A DNA stretch of 64,000 nt from an uncultured Bacillota bacterium (GTDB lineage: Bacteria; Bacillota; DTU025; MWDF01). The notes beneath the pieces were generated by a model. That model was not told the DNA's origin. It ran no database searches and saw only the letters and a list, made by a program, of their open reading frames with translations. The stretch spans positions 64,001 to 128,000 of the forward strand of contig CAWGMK010000013.1 of the NCBI GenBank assembly GCA_963823655.1. The letters run 5' to 3'. Both the position numbers and the translations under genes were made by a program. How positions within the stretch are numbered: position 1 is the first letter of the stretch; every line of letters starts with the position of its first letter. Below, one piece after another: positions 58,537 through 64,000 of the stretch.

Positions 58537-59834
58537 TGGTATCCAGCATGAGGCCGATGGAGAAGGCGGAGGTCAGGACCTTGCCGTCTGGGCTTGAAAT
58601 AGCAGTCATAAGGAAACAGGGTTACGTTAGGAAATATGCAGTGTTGGCAGCCCATTTCGGCTCCCAGGTGATTACGATGCGCTTCGCCGACGACAGGGAG
58701 GAATACGAACTTCCGGAAGGTACTGCCCACTTCCTTGAACATAAGCTCTTCGAGCAGGAAAAGGGCAATATGGAGGAGAAGTTCTCGGAATTGGGTGCGA
58801 CGTCCAACGCCTTTACTTCATCAGATATCACAGGATATCTGTTCTGTGCAAATGACAACTTCTATGAATGCCTTGGATTGCTGTTCGAGCTGGTTTATAA
58901 GCCTGTATTCTCCGATTTGGGCGTGGAGAAGGAGAAGGATATCATTAAGCAGGAGATCATGATGACCAGGGATGATCCCGACTGGATGGGATACCGCACG
59001 CTCTTAACCCAGCTTTACAGCCGACACCCCATGGCCATTGATCCTGCCGGGACCGCCGAGAGCATCGAGGATATTACTCCAGAGGTGCTCTATGCCGTTC
59101 ACGACGCCTTCTATTCGCCCGGCAACCTTACGCTCCTGGTAGTGGGGGATCTTAACCCCGAGGACGTGTTCGATGTTGCAGCGCTTTTAGACGCCAAGAT
59201 GGGGACAAAGCCAGGCCAGGAAATTGAAGTCTCTACGGTAACTGAGCCCGCAGATGTAAACAGCGCAGATGGCAAATTGAAGATGGATGTGGCCAGGCCT
59301 ATCCTGTGGATGGGTTTCAAGGATGAGCCTAAACTTTTCGGCCAATCCGCAGCGAAGAGGAAGATGGTGGCCTCAGTCCTTGCTGACGCCCTTTTCGGAC
59401 CCAGCTCCGAGCTTAATGATTCGCTTTACACATCAGGTGTAATCGATGACAACCTGGCATATGACGAACATTATGCCCCCGATTATGGCTACATAAGCCT
59501 AGTTGCGGCAACTAAAAGGCCGGATGAGCTGTTGTCGGCAGTGAAAGAGGCGACTGAGGATGCGGCCCAAAAAGGCGTTGATCCGCAAGCCTTCGAGCTG
59601 GCAAGAAGGCGCCTGATCGGCTCCCAGCTAAGATCCTTCGATTCGGAGGAGTTCGTAGCTTACGAGTTCCTTGTTGACAGGTTCAGGGATATGGACCTCA
59701 TGGAAAGGCCTTCGCTTTTGGAATCTACCACTTTGGAAGACGTCAATGAGCTGGCCCGGCAGCTGTTCAGGGAGGGCAGGATAAGCGTCCTGACAGTGGA
59801 GCCGGCTTCAGAATCCGGGGAGGAAACAGACTGA
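58533..59834 (+). CDS. M16 zinc peptidase (YmfH-like)
   Basis: P.GTAHFLEHKLFE, NAFTS, EKEKDII.QEI and FYSPGN. Confidence 0.88.
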   Translation: MMVSSMRPMEKAEVRTLPSGLEIAVIRKQGYVRKYAVLAAHFGSQVITMRFADDREEYELPEGTAHFLEHKLFEQEKGNMEEKFSELGATSNAFTSSDITGYLFCANDNFYECLGLLFELVYKPVFSDLGVEKEKDIIKQEIMMTRDDPDWMGYRTLLTQLYSRHPMAIDPAGTAESIEDITPEVLYAVHDAFYSPGNLTLLVVGDLNPEDVFDVAALLDAKMGTKPGQEIEVSTVTEPADVNSADGKLKMDVARPILWMGFKDEPKLFGQSAAKRKMVASVLADALFGPSSELNDSLYTSGVIDDNLAYDEHYAPDYGYISLVAATKRPDELLSAVKEATEDAAQKGVDPQAFELARRRLIGSQLRSFDSEEFVAYEFLVDRFRDMDLMERPSLLESTTLEDVNELARQLFREGRISVLTVEPASESGEETD

Positions 59835-60547
59835 TGGCGGGCGCAGCAGGCCATACGCAGTCGACCAGGCTTGTGTTGATGAGGCACGGCCAGACGGCCC
59901 ATAACTCGCAGGGGAAATTCCAGGGCAGGATAGACGCGCCGTTAGATGCAAAGGGCATCTCGCAAGCAGGCGCGGTCGCGGATGCCATCCGCTCGGGAGC
60001 CTTCGGCAGGAACATAGATGCCATCTGTACGAGCCCGCTGGTTAGAGCATCGCTTACAGCGGATCTAGTGGGAAAAGCACTGGGCAGGGAAGCTGTTAGG
60101 CTGGAAGAGCTCATGGAGATCGATTGCGGCAAGGTATCCGGCCTTGGCATAGCGGAGGCGCGCACAAGATACCCGGAGGTAATGGACAGATTCTCCGGAG
60201 GATGGTGGGAAACGCCTTATCCAGAGGGACAAAGCCACAAGTCCTATGAAAAGGAGAACGTACTGCCCGCGATAAGGAAGATTGTAGGCCTTTGGGAAGG
60301 AAAGACAGTGCTTGCGGTCACGCATGGGGGATTCATAAGGACAGCTGTGCTCAACTTCCTGGGGTTGGGGCAACTCAGGCCATTCCTAAGGCAGAGGCTC
60401 GATAATTGTAGCCTTACTACTGTGGAAGTTTCGCGTTTGCTTGCTGATGGGACGCTGGAAGGGAAGCTTACCGAATTCAACCTTGATTTGATCCAGGCGG
60501 GCTCAGGTGTGATGGATGTATATTCCAAGGAGGTAGCAATCAGGTGA
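59834..60547 (+). CDS. Histidine phosphatase family protein
   Basis: RHGQT, SPL.RA, E...G and THGG. Confidence 0.88.
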   Translation: MAGAAGHTQSTRLVLMRHGQTAHNSQGKFQGRIDAPLDAKGISQAGAVADAIRSGAFGRNIDAICTSPLVRASLTADLVGKALGREAVRLEELMEIDCGKVSGLGIAEARTRYPEVMDRFSGGWWETPYPEGQSHKSYEKENVLPAIRKIVGLWEGKTVLAVTHGGFIRTAVLNFLGLGQLRPFLRQRLDNCSLTTVEVSRLLADGTLEGKLTEFNLDLIQAGSGVMDVYSKEVAIR

Positions 60548-61236
60548 GCGAAAAAGCGAATACTACCGTCTACCTGGTCAGGCACGCGAGCACCGATTGG
60601 AATGACGAGGGCCGCTGGCAATGCCTTGACGACAGGCCGATTGGCGAAAACGGGATCAAGCAGGCCAAATCTGTCGCCGCCTGGATTGCCGGCATACATA
60701 AGACTAAGCCTTTCGCCGCCCTCTATTCGAGCCCGTTTACAAGGGCCAGGCAGACCGCCCGGGAGATATCGGATTCAATAGGGCTGGGAGTTGTCGACGA
60801 GCCGCTTCTAAGGGAGTTTGATTGCGGGCACATCTCAGGGCTTAGATTCGAGGAAGCAAGAAGGATCCACGCAGGATTTTTGGGCAGGCTTGATGAGAAT
60901 TGGCTTGATGAGAGGTACCCGGGAGGAGAGACGAACAGGGAGTATTGGAACAGCGCGGTATCACCGGGGCTTGCCAAGCTGCACGATGCCCATCGGGGCG
61001 CTTCAGTTGTGGCCGTGACGCATGGCGGCTTTATTCGGGCAGCCGTTATGCAGGTGATGGGATGCCCTACTCACAGGCCGATAAGAGGCCTTGCAATCGA
61101 CAACTGCGCATGTTTCATCCTTGAGATAGATGGCATGGACAAACAGGGATTCATTACCGGGAGGGCATCCCAGTTGAACATCACATCTTACCTAAGGCGA
61201 GGAACGGCGCTTGATCAGGGGGGTGCGGGCAAATGA
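60544..61236 (+). CDS. Histidine phosphatase family protein (tandem paralog)
   Basis: RHAST, SSPF.RA.QTA, PGGE and THGG. Confidence 0.85.
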   Translation: MSEKANTTVYLVRHASTDWNDEGRWQCLDDRPIGENGIKQAKSVAAWIAGIHKTKPFAALYSSPFTRARQTAREISDSIGLGVVDEPLLREFDCGHISGLRFEEARRIHAGFLGRLDENWLDERYPGGETNREYWNSAVSPGLAKLHDAHRGASVVAVTHGGFIRAAVMQVMGCPTHRPIRGLAIDNCACFILEIDGMDKQGFITGRASQLNITSYLRRGTALDQGGAGK

Positions 61237-63194
61237 GAGTGAAGACCTGCTGCCCTCATGACTGCTATGATACTTGCGGCATTGAGGTTGAAGTGCATGA
61301 CGGCAAGGTAACTGACCTGCGCGGGGCCGATTCGCACGGCATAACGCGCGGCTTCCTTTGCGGCAAAGTATCGCGCTACCTGAAAAGGCAGTACTCCCCG
61401 GATAGGCTGCTGTACCCACTTAAGAGGGATGATGCAGGCTTCAAGAGGATTAGCTGGGAAGAAGCCCTTGACACTATAGCCTTGCGCTTCGGCGCGGCCC
61501 GCGAAAAAGGCGGCCCTACCACAGTGCTCAGCTATTCTGACGCAGGTTCCATGGGCTATTTGAAGTCGCTGGAGTCGAGGTTCTGGCATTATTTCGGCGG
61601 TGTAACGATCGCCTCCGGTTCTCTTTGCAGTGCGGCGGGGCTGGCCGCTGTAGCATCGGACTACGGCGAGATAAGGCAGCATGATCCCCAAGATATCCCC
61701 AACAGCAAGCTGATAATCCTTTGGGGGAGGAACCCGTCGGTCACCAACATACATATGATTCCGCTGCTTGCAAAGGCCAGGCAGAACGGATGCAGGATTA
61801 TATCGATCAATCCAATGCCTTCCGAATCAAAGGCGCTTTCTGACTGGCAGCTGAAACCTCGCCCGGGCACGGATGCTGCCCTCGCCCTTGGAATCGCGGC
61901 CCAGATCTTCAAAGAAGGCCTGGAGGATGCCGGCTTCCTTAGCGGGCACTGCGCCGGCCTCATGGCCTATAAAAGGGAAGTCAGCTCCTGGAACCTGGAC
62001 AGGACAGAGTCAGTAACGGGAGTCGCTGCAAATGATATCGTAAAATTGGCCAGGGAATATGCCGGCACGAAACCTGCTTCCATCTGGCTTGGATTCGGGA
62101 TGCAAAGGCATGCCGGGGGCGGCAACGCGGTAAGGGCGGTCAATGCGCTTGGCGCAGTAACCGGAAATATCGGCATTGCAGGCGGAGGCGTAAATTACGC
62201 CAACAGATCGAGCAGGGTGCTCAATGCGCTTGGACGGCTTGAGCCTGGCGATTCCATCAGAAATGTGTGGAAGGGCAGGCTGGCAGAGGATCTGGACAAT
62301 ATGGGAGAACCGGCAATCGAGGCGGCTTTCATCAACAGATGCAACCCCCTGCTGCAGGCCCCCGATACATCCAGGTTGGAGAGGGCGTTCCAAAGGATCC
62401 CCTTCAAGGTCGTGTCCGACCATTTTCTTACCGACACTGCATTGCAGGCCGACATTGTCCTGCCGGCTGCGACATTCCTGGAGGAGACGGACATCTACTA
62501 TTCCTATTTCCATAACTATATAAGCCTTGGCATGAAGGCAGTGGAACCGTCAGGCGAGGCGAAGTCGGACCTTTGGGTCCTGGGCGAGCTTGCCAAGCGG
62601 TTGGGGTTCGGAAAAGAGTTCGAAAGGACTCCGATTGAATGGATTGAGTATGCGCTGGAACCCATGAAGGCGCACGGCATAGACCTAGATTTGCTCTTGG
62701 AGCAGGGCTGGGTCAGATTCCCTGCGCCGTTGGTTCCATGGACGGATCATGTCTTCAAGACCGCAACTGGGAAGCTCAACTTGGGCTTGCCGGAAGCCCC
62801 GGCCTATATAGAGCCGTTCGAGATGCCCCATCCTGACAGGCCATTCTTCCTGTTAACCGGCGCTTTAAGGGACAGGCTCCATTCTCAGTACGATAACATG
62901 GAAGATGCCGACAAAGGCGAGCTTCCGAAGGTATATATGAATCCGAAAGCGGCAAATCGCTTACAGCTGTCCGAAGGGCAGGCCGTCGAAGTCTTCACGA
63001 TGCACGGGGAAATGACTTTCGAGCTGGGTTTCGACCAGGAGATGCGGGAGGATGTAATGTACGCGCACCACGGCCGATGGAAGAATAGGGGCGGTGGCAT
63101 CAACAGGCTTACAAAAGGCTATCTAGCCGATATGGGTGGACAGGGCGCGCTTTACGACTGCGCAGCCGGTATACGCCCCGCGGAGGTGCGATGA
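61233..63194 (+). CDS. Molybdopterin (bis-MGD) oxidoreductase, YoaE-like
   Basis: CPHDCYDTC and LCGK 4Fe-4S motif, RLLYPLKR, ISWEEALD, PGTDAALA and ADIVLPA. Confidence 0.88.
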   Translation: MRVKTCCPHDCYDTCGIEVEVHDGKVTDLRGADSHGITRGFLCGKVSRYLKRQYSPDRLLYPLKRDDAGFKRISWEEALDTIALRFGAAREKGGPTTVLSYSDAGSMGYLKSLESRFWHYFGGVTIASGSLCSAAGLAAVASDYGEIRQHDPQDIPNSKLIILWGRNPSVTNIHMIPLLAKARQNGCRIISINPMPSESKALSDWQLKPRPGTDAALALGIAAQIFKEGLEDAGFLSGHCAGLMAYKREVSSWNLDRTESVTGVAANDIVKLAREYAGTKPASIWLGFGMQRHAGGGNAVRAVNALGAVTGNIGIAGGGVNYANRSSRVLNALGRLEPGDSIRNVWKGRLAEDLDNMGEPAIEAAFINRCNPLLQAPDTSRLERAFQRIPFKVVSDHFLTDTALQADIVLPAATFLEETDIYYSYFHNYISLGMKAVEPSGEAKSDLWVLGELAKRLGFGKEFERTPIEWIEYALEPMKAHGIDLDLLLEQGWVRFPAPLVPWTDHVFKTATGKLNLGLPEAPAYIEPFEMPHPDRPFFLLTGALRDRLHSQYDNMEDADKGELPKVYMNPKAANRLQLSEGQAVEVFTMHGEMTFELGFDQEMREDVMYAHHGRWKNRGGGINRLTKGYLADMGGQGALYDCAAGIRPAEVR

Positions 63195-64000
63195 TGGGCA
63201 AAGTGAGGATTATCGTCAATCTTAAGGCTGGCAGGGGAAGAAGCGGAAAGACATTCCCGATTCTGACCAAGGCTCTCCAGGAAGTCGGAATCGATTTCGA
63301 TGTGGAGATTACCCAGAGGCAGGGGCATGCAATCGAGCTTGCCAGGCAGGCAAGGCTTGACGGTATGGACCTGGTAATCGCCGCGGGAGGCGACGGCACA
63401 TACCATGAAGTAATGAACGGCCTTACCGAATTCGGCAACCTGCTTCACCCATCTACGGCAATGGGAGTAGTAACAAGCGGATCCGGGTGCGACTTCCCGC
63501 GTTCGATAAGCATGCCGCGCGACGACTGGAAGGCTACTGCAGCAGTTATCAAAGCCATGAAATTCAAGTACGTAGACGTGGTCAGGACTACTTATATCAG
63601 CCCTCACGGCTCAAAGGAGACAAGGGCATTCCTGAATGCGTCGAATGCGGGGCTGACCAGTGAGACCATACTTAATTCGGAATCGTTTAAAGTGCTTGGC
63701 GGCAAGGCGGGATACCTTCTCGCCGGCATCAAGACCCTTTTTGCCTATAAGAACAGGGATATCAAGCTTGTCGTCGATGACGTGGAAGCTTTCAACGGCA
63801 AGGCGGTAATGATAACGGTTGGCAATGGAAGATATTGCGGAGGGGGCATGATGTTCACTCCTGCCGCAGACCCCTTCGACGCTGTGATCGATGCCGTGGT
63901 GATAGGCGACCTGACTATCATGGAAGTCCTTCGCGAGATTCCGAAGATTTATAGCGGCGGTCATCTGCAAAATGCAAAGGTGAAGGCCTTCAGGGGCAAG
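63191..64000 (+). CDS. Diacylglycerol/lipid kinase family protein (YegS/DagK-like), truncated by the window end
   Basis: Translation from 63191 gives IIVN.KAG.G, AAGGDGTYHEVMNG, GSGCDF and NGRYCGGGM; open to the end of the window. Confidence 0.85.
   Translation, partial: MMGKVRIIVNLKAGRGRSGKTFPILTKALQEVGIDFDVEITQRQGHAIELARQARLDGMDLVIAAGGDGTYHEVMNGLTEFGNLLHPSTAMGVVTSGSGCDFPRSISMPRDDWKATAAVIKAMKFKYVDVVRTTYISPHGSKETRAFLNASNAGLTSETILNSESFKVLGGKAGYLLAGIKTLFAYKNRDIKLVVDDVEAFNGKAVMITVGNGRYCGGGMMFTPAADPFDAVIDAVVIGDLTIMEVLREIPKIYSGGHLQNAKVKAFRGK

Noticed and set aside
1-64000. CRISPR arrays, tRNA/rRNA, prophage, integron cassettes, stop-codon recoding or selenoproteins
   Set aside because: No repeat-spacer periodicity, RNA gene signatures or phage/integrase genes were seen. 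TAA, TAG and TGA all act as ordinary stops, and the broken genes change frame rather than read through a stop.

Overview
Bacterial chromosomal segment from an anaerobic, Bacillota-like organism. It has a Gram-positive-type LexA box, Rex-like boxes, yhaM, ymfF/ymfH and an [FeFe]-hydrogenase, but its ABC solute-binding proteins lack lipoboxes, which hints at a diderm envelope. It holds about 60 mostly metabolic and transport genes. In order: an AT-rich left end with an IS3-family stub and a TetR islet; an ACP/alpha-oxoamine synthase fusion; oppBCDFA; a LexA-controlled DUF72-dinB operon; a HAD phosphatase with an AfuABC-type transporter; a TlpA/CD1871A/4Fe-4S redox trio; rnhC, fprA and pckA; pxpA-ycsI-pxpBC; metNIQ behind a long non-canonical structured leader; psuG; a hydCBA hydrogenase operon whose HydB is fused to a GltD-like module; and a ymfFH-phosphatase-Mo-oxidoreductase-lipid kinase operon. 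About a dozen genes carry single-base frameshifts, most likely long-read consensus errors. No rRNA, tRNA, CRISPR array or prophage was seen. Best novelty candidates: the HydB-GltD fusion hydrogenase, the metNIQ leader, the stand-alone ACP-AOS fusion and the SOS DUF72-dinB cassette. All calls come from reading motifs by eye; no searches were run.
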